Source: an uncultured Duncaniella sp. (GTDB taxonomy: Bacteria; Bacteroidota; Bacteroidia; Bacteroidales; Muribaculaceae). Taken from it: DNA of 64,000 nt. The notes under the pieces are model-generated. The model was not told the DNA's origin, made no database searches, and was given only the letters and a program-made list of their open reading frames with translations. Location of the stretch: contig CAJUCI010000005.1 in assembly GCA_910584825.1 (NCBI GenBank), positions 53,055 through 117,054 on the forward strand, read 5' to 3'. Each line of letters starts with the position of its first letter. Within the stretch, counting starts at the first letter, position 1. Both the position numbers and the translations under genes were made by a program. Shown here piece after piece: positions 32,394-41,885 of this stretch.

Positions 32394-33563
32394 TCAGTCT
32401 GAGTCGTGCTTGGGCGGGGCGTCAAGCACGAATGTCGTGAGCAGCGGATAGTGGTCGCTCGACGGCACATTGCCGCGCACGAGGTCAACGGCTTCAAGCC
32501 CGCCCTTGTAGAGCACATGGTCGATGCGGAAGTAGAAGCGGTTGCCGTGATAGGTTATGGCCGGGCCGAAGGCGTTCTCGGCATAGGCGTCCTCCATGTC
32601 GTCGCCCATGATGGTGCGCACGGCATAGCAGCCCTGGATGTCGTTGAAGTCGCCGGCCACGATGAAGTTGCCGCCGATGGAGTCCATCACGTGGCGTATG
32701 TATCTCGCCTGGTCGGCACGCTTGCCGAAGGCGATTGACAGTTTGTCTATCAGCTGTCGTTTCACATCCTTCAGCTCCTTCTTGATGGCACGCTCGCTGC
32801 CGGGGGCTTTCTCGAACAGTCCCTTATACAGTGCCTTGTCGGCCATGTTCAGGCCGATTGACTCGAGGTGGACGTTGAACAGGCGCACGGTCTGGCCCAT
32901 GATGTTGAATTTGAACAGACCCATGCGCACATCCATCGGTTTGGGTATGTCAAGGTTCTCGTACTCAAACGGGTATTTTGACAGCACGGTGAGCTGGTTG
33001 TTGACGTTGACCACGCGGTAGGGATACTTGGCGTCGAGTGCCTGCACCTGCTCGGGGGTGATGCGCCACAGCGGCCATGACTTTATGAACTCTACCTCCT
33101 GGAGGCTGACGATGTCGGCGTCGGTATCGAGTATGTAGTCAATCGTAGTGTTGCGCTCCAGCCCCGGCACGTTGCCGCGGAAGTCCCAGAAGTGCAGGAC
33201 GTTGTAGGTAAGGAAGGTGAACGAGTGGGATTTCTCCTCGGGGGTCAGCTCCTTTGTCCCGATGTTGAGGGGGGAATAGGTCAGGAGCGAAGGGAGCGAC
33301 AGCAGCCACGCGGCGGCGAGGATTAGGGTGAAGCCGCGTTTGAACAGCATGTCGAACACGAGCACCACCAGTCCGCCGATGAGGATGACGGGGAGCATCA
33401 TGCTCATGAGTGCCGGAATCACGAACTTGCCGGGGTCGACGTATCCGCCGTAGGCCGCGACAATCGTGACTATGGCCGTAATGATGTTCACCACCAGCAA
33501 TATGGTGACGAGAGTGGCCTTGGTCGGTCTTCCTATCAGATATTTCAGTCGTGATAAAGTCAT
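32394..33563 (-). CDS. Endonuclease/exonuclease/phosphatase family membrane protein
   Basis: N-terminal TM helices; TYNV, SLQE, NVHLES, AGDFND, RIDHVLY, SDHYP. Confidence 0.92.
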   Translation of the reverse strand: MTLSRLKYLIGRPTKATLVTILLVVNIITAIVTIVAAYGGYVDPGKFVIPALMSMMLPVILIGGLVVLVFDMLFKRGFTLILAAAWLLSLPSLLTYSPLNIGTKELTPEEKSHSFTFLTYNVLHFWDFRGNVPGLERNTTIDYILDTDADIVSLQEVEFIKSWPLWRITPEQVQALDAKYPYRVVNVNNQLTVLSKYPFEYENLDIPKPMDVRMGLFKFNIMGQTVRLFNVHLESIGLNMADKALYKGLFEKAPGSERAIKKELKDVKRQLIDKLSIAFGKRADQARYIRHVMDSIGGNFIVAGDFNDIQGCYAVRTIMGDDMEDAYAENAFGPAITYHGNRFYFRIDHVLYKGGLEAVDLVRGNVPSSDHYPLLTTFVLDAPPKHDSD

Positions 33564-33593
33564 TGTAAGTTGATTATTGCCCTCGGAGTGTGG

Positions 33594-34502
33594 TTATTTG
33601 ATTTTTCTGCTGACGTTGAACAGTCGGTCACGTTCGGCGGGGGTGAGGGCTGTGTATCCTGATTTCTTGATTTTGTCAAGTATGGCGTCAAGTTCGCGAC
33701 GCTCCTCAGGGGTGAGTCCGCCGGTGGCTGAGGCGTCGGTGCCACCGTAAGTGGCGTTGTAGTTGGCGGAGCTTTTTTGGGAGCGTCGGGCGGTCAGGCT
33801 TGATATTCCTGCCGCAGCCTTGTCCCAGGCCGAGCATGCGGGGGCGGTGATGTCATGGCCGCGGCGGAGCCTGACGGCAAAGAGCGCGCCGGTGAGCACG
33901 CCGCCCACGTGGGCTATCTCGCCTCCGGCATTGCTGCCCGTCACCCCTATAAGCACGAGCACTATTGTCGCTACGGCTATCCATTTGACCGACACGCCCC
34001 CTATGAGCAGCAGGTGCATCTTGAAGTCGGGCATGAGTATGGCCACGGCGGTGACTATGGCTATGACGGCGGCTGACGAGCCTATGAGCGAGCCGTAGGC
34101 GTTGTGAAACAGCGGCAACGTGTTATACCCGAGCAGGAAGAGGGCCGCTCCGGCAAGTCCGCCGTATAGGTACAGCACCAGCATCTGACGCGACGTGGCC
34201 ACCATCCTGAACATGGTGCCGAACCAGTAGAGCCACAGCATGTTGAACACGATGTGCCACAGGTCATACTGCGCGAACATATAGGTTATGAGCGTCCAGG
34301 GGCGGGTCAGGAACACGGCAGGCTGTGAGGGCAGCTCGACGGTCTGCGCGAGTATAACGTTGATATATCCCGAGTGGCCCGAGAATACGCACACGATGGC
34401 TGCGAGGCGCAGGGCCACGAAGATGCCTATATTAATCCACACAATCTTCATCAGAACGGTGGAACGCGTGAAGCCTGATATGAGTCGGTCAATAGCCTCC
34501 AT
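33594..34502 (-). CDS. Rhomboid intramembrane serine protease with C-terminal DUF6576-like tail
   Basis: PWTLITYMF, HIVFNM, GSSA, AHVGG, LDAILDKIKKSGY. Confidence 0.9.
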   Translation of the reverse strand: MEAIDRLISGFTRSTVLMKIVWINIGIFVALRLAAIVCVFSGHSGYINVILAQTVELPSQPAVFLTRPWTLITYMFAQYDLWHIVFNMLWLYWFGTMFRMVATSRQMLVLYLYGGLAGAALFLLGYNTLPLFHNAYGSLIGSSAAVIAIVTAVAILMPDFKMHLLLIGGVSVKWIAVATIVLVLIGVTGSNAGGEIAHVGGVLTGALFAVRLRRGHDITAPACSAWDKAAAGISSLTARRSQKSSANYNATYGGTDASATGGLTPEERRELDAILDKIKKSGYTALTPAERDRLFNVSRKIK

Positions 34503-35253
34503 ACCCACCCCCTCCGAAGGTGCCTTTTTTCTTCCAGTAGTATATGATGAGGAAGCCGAAAATCATGCCTCCGAGGTGGGCGAAGTGGGCTATGCCGTCA
34601 GAGCGTCCGGCCGACTCGCTGAGCCCGATGAGCAGCTCTATGACAATCATGCCTGTGACCATCCATTTGGCCTTGACGGGCACCGGGACGAAAAACAGGT
34701 AAAGCGGAGCGTTGGGATACATCATGCCGAACGCCAGGAGTATGCCGTAGATTGCGCCTGAGGCTCCGATGGTTATGAACATGTTGAGCCACTGCGACAC
34801 CTGGGCCTCCCACATGGGCGAGCGGAGTATCTCGCGGGCCTCGGGAAAGTCGATGTGCATGGCGTTGGCGAGAATCGGGGTCAGCGAGTTCTCCCACGTC
34901 AGTGCCCAGGCAAGCTCCTGGATGAGTCCTGCGCCGATGCCGCATGACATGTAGTAGAATAGGAAACGCGCGCTGCCGAAGGTGCGCTCGAGCGTCATGC
35001 CGAACATCCACAGCGAGAACATATTGAAGAATATGTGGGCGAAGCCCCCCGTCGAGTGCATGAACATGTAGGTCACCAGCTGGAGCGGGTTGAAGTCGGC
35101 GGCTTTGAAATAATGCAGTCCGCCGAGCTCTTCAAGGCTCGCGCCGATGCGTCCGGGCAGCACAAACATTGCGAGCCAGACTATGAAATTGATGATTATG
35201 AGGTTTTTAGTGACCGGGGGGATTGACCCGAAAAATGAGCCCTGATTATTCAT
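34489..35253 (-). CDS. Rhomboid intramembrane serine protease
   Basis: TYMFMH, HIFFNM, GASG, AHFAHLGG. Confidence 0.93.
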   Translation of the reverse strand: MNNQGSFFGSIPPVTKNLIIINFIVWLAMFVLPGRIGASLEELGGLHYFKAADFNPLQLVTYMFMHSTGGFAHIFFNMFSLWMFGMTLERTFGSARFLFYYMSCGIGAGLIQELAWALTWENSLTPILANAMHIDFPEAREILRSPMWEAQVSQWLNMFITIGASGAIYGILLAFGMMYPNAPLYLFFVPVPVKAKWMVTGMIVIELLIGLSESAGRSDGIAHFAHLGGMIFGFLIIYYWKKKGTFGGGGYGGY

Positions 35254-35455
35254 TGCTTTTACAGGATGATGTTGTATGGTGTTATGCGATGGCCGGAGAG
35301 AATACCATTTTACAAAAGTACAAAAAGCTCGCGAGAGGGTACGCTTGATTAATACTTTTTAATAGGAAAGTGTTCACTCTTAATGCCGTTTTTCGATAAG
35401 AAAATATCAACAAATGTATGGTTAACTTTTTTTAACTGTAATTTTCCCTGTAAAA

Positions 35456-35487
35456 TTTGGTGGTGAATATAAAAGTTTCTACCTTTG
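35456..35487 (+). promoter_or_regulatory. Bacteroidetes promoter of tRNA-Met (-33 TTTG, -7 TACCTTTG)
   Basis: TTTG at 35456-35459, 20-nt spacer, TACCTTTG at 35480-35487. Confidence 0.75.
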
Positions 35488-35501
35488 CACCACGAAAACA
35501 T

Positions 35502-35576
<75 letters not shown>

Positions 35577-35580
35577 GCCG

Positions 35581-35618
35581 AATCGGTCTCAGAGACGCCT
35601 CTGAGACCGATTTTTTTT
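35581..35618 (+). terminator. Intrinsic terminator of tRNA-Met
   Basis: aatcggtctcagag / ctctgagaccgatt followed by a T-run. Confidence 0.85.
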
Positions 35619-35624
35619 GCACAT

Positions 35625-35802
35625 GGTAGGAGCGACGGCTTTAGCCGTCGATGTGAGGCGACCTGTCGGGGGATACAAAAGGACAAAAGCGACAAAATAA
35701 ACATAAGTATTTAATTATCAGTTAGCTTTGTTGTGCCATATCGACGGCTAAAGCCGTCGCTCCTACCTTGAGGACGAGTTTTGCAACATCCTCGCTCCTA
35801 CC
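35625..35802. repeat. GTAG-family REP doublet (REPIN/BIME-like) plus a third variant REP
   Basis: ggtaggagcgacggctttagccgtcgat (35625-35652) and its perfect reverse complement (35740-35767); third GGTAGGAGCGA on the minus strand at 35802-35792. Confidence 0.8.
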
Positions 35803-35903
35803 GTATGTAAAAAAAGCGGTGTCGCAGAACTTTGCGGCGATGAGCCTGCATGAGTCCTGCGACACTTTCAAAAAGCGGGTTAAAAAATATCCTGTTCAGA
35901 TTT

Positions 35904-38633
35904 TTATTTCACCTGAATTTTAGTTGCCTTATTGCCCTGACGGCGGATGTAGATGCCGGGGGCTGAGGGGGTGTCGACACGCACGCCCTGCATGTTGTAG
36001 TAGACAGCGGGCGCATCGGCGTCGTCACCTGCGATGCTTTCGATGGCTGACTGCTCACCGTCGTAACGGATTGATAGAAGCGGTATTTCGTGAAGCAGCC
36101 ACAGGCCGTCTGATTCTGCGCTATTGACGGCTTCGATGTCGGCGGTTGTGAGCGGAACAATGATTGAGATGGTCCCGTCGCCATTGTCGATGACTGAGCT
36201 CATGTCAGTGAGTCTGAATATATGTGAGGCACCGGGAATGTTTGCTGATACAGCGACGTCAAAAACAGCATCAGGCTCGTACGGCTTTTCAAGGGTCAGT
36301 ATTAACTCCTTTATATGTGCCGGGAGAGATGTGTTGCATGTGGTGCCATAGGGCGGACGACGGCCATAGCATATCATACCTTCAGGCTCGAAAGCTGAGG
36401 GGAGGGTTTCAACTTTGTTGACGGTCCAGTTCTGACCGATTATCGTCAATGACCCGCCGCAGAAATCAAGCATTTCTTTGGTAATGCCTATATCAACGTG
36501 TCCATCATATGTTGAAACATTTGACATAGAGGGTATTCCCGGAATCTCAAGCCGTTCATCCGATTTGCTGACATTATTTTTTACCACATTGATATATTTC
36601 CATGAATCCTCAGAGGTGTGGGCGAAATGTATGCGCATCACGTCGCCGGCTTTGACATTGTCAAGAGGTATGTCGAGGGTGTTGGTTTCACTCAGTGTCT
36701 TGGCACCGAGGAAGAGGGTGGTGGGCTTTTCGGCAGGTTTTTCGGCATATTCGATGTATATGCCGGAGATTGTGCAGTCGGTACCTTGTAGTACGATGCC
36801 TGTCGATTTAATGTCGGCAATCTCCTCGGCAGTCATAGTGCGTTCCCACACGGTTCGCCCGTCTGCTCCCAGCATGGGGTCTTGTGACGATACATAATAC
36901 TGGTCGAGGTGATACCATTCGCCATTGCTTAACTGTATGGTAGAATAGTCGCCCTTGACATTCTCAAGAGTTATGACCAGTTTGTCACCAGCTTTCATAT
37001 CCTCAAAGAGTGAGCCTTCGAGTTTCATCCATTTGCTCCAGTCATTGGCAAACGGTCGGTCCCATATGCATACCGAGTTCTCTCCGGCGTAGAAGTTGGA
37101 CGGGGCACCGATGAAGGTGTAGAGAATCGGGCTGTCCAGATTCTTTATTCTAATCTTATCGGTGATAAGGCTCTTATAGTAATCATCAATCCAGAATGTA
37201 TATATCACCGAGCCGTCGCTGTTGGTGGCTGACGGTGATGGCAATGCGGGGCTTAATCCATAGCTTTGGCCTTCGGCTACGATGGTCGGACTTGATGATG
37301 AAGGGTATTGGGCGACTATTGATAATTGTATATACTGATTAAACTTTTTGTCATAGTTATCGAGGTTGTCGAGTGCCATGATGAAATCGCCGTTGTATTC
37401 GTTTCGGCCATAGGTCAGTATGTTTTTGTGGTTGAATACGTTGCGGATTACCCTGATTTCAGTAAGTATGCCGCTGGTATTACATAGTTTTACGCCTTTC
37501 TTTACGCTGTCAAGCATCTTTTCGGTGATGCCGATTTCAAAAACAGTCCCGTAAGACGGAGCAAACATTTGGGGTCTGATGGTTTCTGAATCGGCAACCG
37601 ATGCGAGATATAGGTTGGAATAATATGGTGATTGGTCGCTGAATGTGAATCTCAGCACGTCACCGGTCTTGATATCGTCGGGGAGGTAGAGCGGTGCGCT
37701 CTTGCCATCCAGTGAGTATGTGCCCTTGAAAAGTATGTTGGGGTCAGGCTTTTCGGCGAGATATGGACCGAAGCGCAGGTCGTCGATATATATTTCGGTA
37801 GGCTCGGGATTGCCGAAGTTGAAAACCAGTCTGGAAAGGTCATCTCTTAAAGTATTGAAGTCGAACTCATATGTTTTCCATTCGGTGTCGATGTCAAACT
37901 GGTTATATCCGTCGTTATAGTATGATTCGTTCCCGCAGCAAGTCAGCAATGAGGTTTTGCGGTCGGCTCGGGCTCGGAACGAGATTTGATAATCACCCGG
38001 AGTCAATGGTGCGTCAAACTTGTATCTGGCAATGGCATTCCAGGCATCGTCAGTCGCTTCGTTGAGCTTGAGCTTCATACATTGCGAGCCGTTGTAGCCC
38101 TCTTTGCTTATTGATGCTTCGCAGGTGGGATGCGGGAAACACTCCCATTTTGAATCCCAACTGCCTGTCAGGTCGGTGATTGTCTCGAAGTTGGAGTCCT
38201 CAAACCATATCATGTTATGAAGATAACGGTTGGGTTTCCCGGCTTCGAATGTTATTTTGGTGAGAGTGAAGTCACATCCGTTAATGGCAATGCCGCCGGC
38301 GAGTACTCTTGCCGCATCAGTGTCATCGAGTTTTAATGTGTAAGACCCGTTAGGCATCTCGAGGCCATAGGTGTAGAAGCCGACATTTGTCAGAGAGTTC
38401 CATCTATTGTCTTCAATAACGTTGATGAAGAGCTGACCGTTACTGTCGTCAAAGTTTTCGTAATGAAAAGTGAGGGTGTTTCCGCCCGCTACCTTCTGAA
38501 GTTCTTCTGCCGGTATTATTAAGTATGGCCATGATGAATCAAATTCCTTAGGCCCTTCCCATACTGTGGTTTGTGCCGTAAGGGGGAGTATGGCACACAG
38601 GGAAAGCAATAGAGTGAATAGCTGTTTAATCAT
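35904..38633 (-). CDS. Secreted multi-module protein (CBM4/9-like domain plus repeated CBM-like modules) with T9SS type A C-terminal domain
   Basis: Signal peptide; YQISFRARAD...EWKTYEFDF...IYIDDL (CBM4_9-like); CTD SAIESI...YYNMQGVRV...GIYIRRQGNKATKIQVK. Confidence 0.8.
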   Translation of the reverse strand: MIKQLFTLLLSLCAILPLTAQTTVWEGPKEFDSSWPYLIIPAEELQKVAGGNTLTFHYENFDDSNGQLFINVIEDNRWNSLTNVGFYTYGLEMPNGSYTLKLDDTDAARVLAGGIAINGCDFTLTKITFEAGKPNRYLHNMIWFEDSNFETITDLTGSWDSKWECFPHPTCEASISKEGYNGSQCMKLKLNEATDDAWNAIARYKFDAPLTPGDYQISFRARADRKTSLLTCCGNESYYNDGYNQFDIDTEWKTYEFDFNTLRDDLSRLVFNFGNPEPTEIYIDDLRFGPYLAEKPDPNILFKGTYSLDGKSAPLYLPDDIKTGDVLRFTFSDQSPYYSNLYLASVADSETIRPQMFAPSYGTVFEIGITEKMLDSVKKGVKLCNTSGILTEIRVIRNVFNHKNILTYGRNEYNGDFIMALDNLDNYDKKFNQYIQLSIVAQYPSSSSPTIVAEGQSYGLSPALPSPSATNSDGSVIYTFWIDDYYKSLITDKIRIKNLDSPILYTFIGAPSNFYAGENSVCIWDRPFANDWSKWMKLEGSLFEDMKAGDKLVITLENVKGDYSTIQLSNGEWYHLDQYYVSSQDPMLGADGRTVWERTMTAEEIADIKSTGIVLQGTDCTISGIYIEYAEKPAEKPTTLFLGAKTLSETNTLDIPLDNVKAGDVMRIHFAHTSEDSWKYINVVKNNVSKSDERLEIPGIPSMSNVSTYDGHVDIGITKEMLDFCGGSLTIIGQNWTVNKVETLPSAFEPEGMICYGRRPPYGTTCNTSLPAHIKELILTLEKPYEPDAVFDVAVSANIPGASHIFRLTDMSSVIDNGDGTISIIVPLTTADIEAVNSAESDGLWLLHEIPLLSIRYDGEQSAIESIAGDDADAPAVYYNMQGVRVDTPSAPGIYIRRQGNKATKIQVK

Positions 38634-38712
38634 TTGCTTGGTTTATAATGTGGTAAAGATAGGCTTTGGCGATGCAGAATAAGTGATTATGTGATATAAA
38701 GTAGAATATTGA

Positions 38713-38738
38713 CAAAGGTAAGTCAAATTACCCCCCCC
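38713..38738 (-). promoter_or_regulatory. -7 element TACCTTTG with a G8 homopolymer in the upstream spacer region
   Basis: caaaggta at 38713-38720; C8 run at 38731-38738. Confidence 0.55.
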
Positions 38739-38839
38739 GATGGCACTTTGTTGACATTTTCTTTGCAAATTTTGCAAAAGTTTGGCCCGCCGCGCCGAAT
38801 GGCCGACAAAATGAGACTATGTGGTGTGTCAAATTACAA

Positions 38840-38958
38840 GAAATGGACATAAGGACAAAAGATACAAAAGCGACATAAGATTTTTCAAATAATCATTGAT
38901 TATCAAAAAAATATATTTCTTATGTCGCTTTTGTCTCTTTTGTCCTTATGTACCTTTC
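38840..38958. repeat. Palindromic element with 41-bp arms built from ACA(T/A)AAG units (copy 2)
   Basis: Arms 38840-38880 and 38918-38958 with 3 mismatches; homologous to 20612-20733 in inverted orientation. Confidence 0.85.
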
Positions 38959-39001
38959 CTGAATTATGACACAGCTCCCTGTTGGGTGCTATGTTTCAGA
39001 A

Positions 39002-41836
39002 TTATTCAGCAGGGTCGAGGGTGATGGTGCGGTAGTTGTCCTGGGCGTTGAGTGCCTTCATGAAGTTCATCACATCGTCAATAGTGATGGAGTTGAGCAC
39101 GTCGATATTGCCGTTGAAGGTGTCCACACCGTTGATGTTATAGCCGGTAAGTGCGCCGAGCCATGCGCCGTTGCGCTCCTTGCTCTCGGTGTAGCTCTTG
39201 GCCATGTATTCCTTGATGGGGTTGAGCTCCTCGGCGGTCACGTCGCTCTCCATTGCCTTGAACTGGCTGTGGATATAGTCGAGCACCTCCTTCTTCATTT
39301 CGGGCTTCATGGGGAATGACGATGTGAGCATCACGGGGTTGAGACCCATGCGTGAAGCCTGGCCTGATGCGCTGATTGAGTAGACGGCACCCATGTCCTC
39401 ACGCACGGTCTTGATGAGGCGGTTGGTGAGTATCTGGCCGGCGATTGAGGCGAGCTGTGAGTTCTTGGTGGTGAACTCCATGTCGCCTGTCTCAAGGATG
39501 GCCACGAGGGTCTGGGGTGTGGTCATCGTTGTGGTGAAGGTGTCGTTGGCCGAGCCGGGCTTGACAAACATTGCGGGGTTGTAGGCCGGGGTGCTCTTGC
39601 GGGCGTTGGCGGGATTGCCGGGGAGTGATGCTATGTAGGTCTCCACGAGGGGCTTGAGGGCGTCAAGGTTGACGTTGCCCACGAAGAAGAATGTGAAGTC
39701 GGCTACGTTTGACAGCTGGTCATGCACGAGCGCGGTGGTCAGCTCGCGTGAGGCAGCCTGGACATCCTCGGCGGTGAGCACGCGCTGGAAGGGGGATGCG
39801 TAGAGGGTCTCGAGAAGGTTCTTGTTGAAGATGAAGTTGGGGTTTTTGGTCTGGTTGGAGAGCATGGCTACCGATGCCTTCTGCATGGCCTCAAACTCGT
39901 CGGCGTTGAACTCCACGTCCTTGAATGCCATGTAGATAAGCTCCATGAGGGTGGGCAGGTCCTTGGGTGTCGAGCTGCCTGAGAGGCCGCGGTCATAGCT
40001 GTCTATGCTGATGCCGAGGCTGGCCATCTTGCCGGCGGTGTACTTGCTGAGGTCGCTTGCCGAGTAGTCGCCCAGACCATAGGTGCCGAGGGCGTTGGGG
40101 AGAGTGAGTATGGTGGGTGCATAGTCGGCGGGATAGTCGGCATATCCGCCGAGGGCCCGGGCCGAGAAGCGGATTTCATCCTCCTTGAACTTGGTAGCCT
40201 TGATGATTACCTTTGCGCCGTTGGAGAGGGTCCACTCGGTGGTGCCCCATACGGGATTCTCGACCGACTTGACAATCTTGCCGGCCACGGGTGCCTCGGT
40301 GATGAGGGGTTCGCTCTTGACTTCATCGACAAAAGCCTCGATAGTCTCGGCGTCGATGGCCGCGAGGGCGGTCTCGAGCTGTGCGGGGGTGGGGAGTGTG
40401 TAGCCTTCCTTCTCGGGCGAGAGTACCATTATGGCGCGGTTGTCGGGGGTGATGGCCTGTGCGATGGTCTGATTGAGTGCCTCGAGCGGCATCATGGCGG
40501 CTATCTGCTGGATGAGCATCCATTCGGTCTCGATGCCGGGGATAGGCTCGGCGTCGACGAATGCGTTGACGTATTCGTTGACAAAGGTGTCGTTCTCGCG
40601 TGTGGCGCGGTTGTTGTAGGCGCGCTCGAACGATGAGAGATAGTTGCTGCGCACGCGGTCATACTCACTCTGGGTGAATCCGCCGCGGGCTGCGCGAAGC
40701 ACTTCGCGATAGGCGGCCTGGAGGGGTGCGATTATGTCGTTGTCCTTGGCCACGGCTGTGATGCTGACGGCGTCCTTGACCTTTGAAATCATATACTCGC
40801 CAAAGCCGAACTCGGCACCGGCAAAGGGGGCGTCGGGCTTGGAGGCGATGTCGTTGAGACGATTGTTGAGCATGCCTGAAATCATTGCGCGGATGTAGGA
40901 GTCGGCAAAGTAGGCGGGGGTGTTCTTAAGCTCGGCGGGGAACGGGTCGCGCAGCACCATGAGCTGGCCTACGAGAGCTTTCTGCTCGGGGTCGGAGCCG
41001 ATGCCGTAGAGTGTGCCTTTGTGGTCGGGCACTTTCTCGTATGTGCGGGGCTTGGCGTTCTCGGGCATCTCGATTGACGAGAACATCTCCTTGATTTTGT
41101 CCTCGATGCGGTCTACGTCGATGTCACCGACCACGAGGATGGCCTGCTGGTCAGGGCGATACCATGTCTCGTAATAGTCGCGCAGTGCCTGGGGGTCGAA
41201 GTGGTCAACCACTTCCATCGTGCCGATGGGCAGACGGCGGCCATACTTGGTGGTGGGATAGAGGTCGGGGAGTATGCGCTCGAAGATACGCATCTGGCCC
41301 TGCATTGACCTGCGCCACTCCTCGTGAATCACGCCGCGCTCCTTGTCAATCTCCTTGGGGTCGAGGGTGAGGTCGTTGGCCCAGTCGTGGAGGATGAGGA
41401 GGCATGAGTCCTGGACGCTCTCGCGTGCGATGGGCACGTTGGATATGTTGTAGACGGTCTGGTCAATCGAAGTGTATGCGTTGAGGTTGGCTCCGAACTT
41501 CACGCCGATTGACTCGAGCCAGTCGCGCAGGAGATTGTCGGGGAAGTTGGTGGTGCCGTTGAAGCACATGTGCTCGAGAAAGTGGGCGAGTCCGCGCTGG
41601 TTCTCCTCCTCGAGGGCCGAGCCTACCTTTTGGGCGATGTAGAAGTCGGCCTGTCCTTTGGGATACTCGTTGTGACGGATGTAGTAGGTGAGTCCGTTGG
41701 GGAGCTTGCCTACACGTACTGCCGTGTCGACCGGCAGCTGCTGCATCATGGGATTCTCTCCCTGAGCCATCGCGCTCACCGGCATCATGCACAGGGTCAT
41801 GAGGGCGGCAAGTGCTGTTTTCAGCAGGTGTTTCAT
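39002..41836 (-). CDS. M16 family zinc peptidase (PqqL-like)
   Basis: GLAHFLEHMCFNGT (HxxEH), NAYTS, KERGVIHEE; signal peptide. Confidence 0.95.
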   Translation of the reverse strand: MKHLLKTALAALMTLCMMPVSAMAQGENPMMQQLPVDTAVRVGKLPNGLTYYIRHNEYPKGQADFYIAQKVGSALEEENQRGLAHFLEHMCFNGTTNFPDNLLRDWLESIGVKFGANLNAYTSIDQTVYNISNVPIARESVQDSCLLILHDWANDLTLDPKEIDKERGVIHEEWRRSMQGQMRIFERILPDLYPTTKYGRRLPIGTMEVVDHFDPQALRDYYETWYRPDQQAILVVGDIDVDRIEDKIKEMFSSIEMPENAKPRTYEKVPDHKGTLYGIGSDPEQKALVGQLMVLRDPFPAELKNTPAYFADSYIRAMISGMLNNRLNDIASKPDAPFAGAEFGFGEYMISKVKDAVSITAVAKDNDIIAPLQAAYREVLRAARGGFTQSEYDRVRSNYLSSFERAYNNRATRENDTFVNEYVNAFVDAEPIPGIETEWMLIQQIAAMMPLEALNQTIAQAITPDNRAIMVLSPEKEGYTLPTPAQLETALAAIDAETIEAFVDEVKSEPLITEAPVAGKIVKSVENPVWGTTEWTLSNGAKVIIKATKFKEDEIRFSARALGGYADYPADYAPTILTLPNALGTYGLGDYSASDLSKYTAGKMASLGISIDSYDRGLSGSSTPKDLPTLMELIYMAFKDVEFNADEFEAMQKASVAMLSNQTKNPNFIFNKNLLETLYASPFQRVLTAEDVQAASRELTTALVHDQLSNVADFTFFFVGNVNLDALKPLVETYIASLPGNPANARKSTPAYNPAMFVKPGSANDTFTTTMTTPQTLVAILETGDMEFTTKNSQLASIAGQILTNRLIKTVREDMGAVYSISASGQASRMGLNPVMLTSSFPMKPEMKKEVLDYIHSQFKAMESDVTAEELNPIKEYMAKSYTESKERNGAWLGALTGYNINGVDTFNGNIDVLNSITIDDVMNFMKALNAQDNYRTITLDPAE

Positions 41837-41885
41837 GTGAGTGATTGGATATGAAGTTGGGTTATATGTTATGACGTGAGGAGGG

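Noticed and set aside
32360..32518. N-terminal extension of the M3 peptidase
   Set aside because: It overlaps the EEP gene end. The signal peptide begins at MKSLIRAA (32359).
32394..35253. Rhomboid-rhomboid-EEP cluster as a novel system
   Set aside because: It is a widely conserved Bacteroidetes core arrangement, with nothing unusual here.
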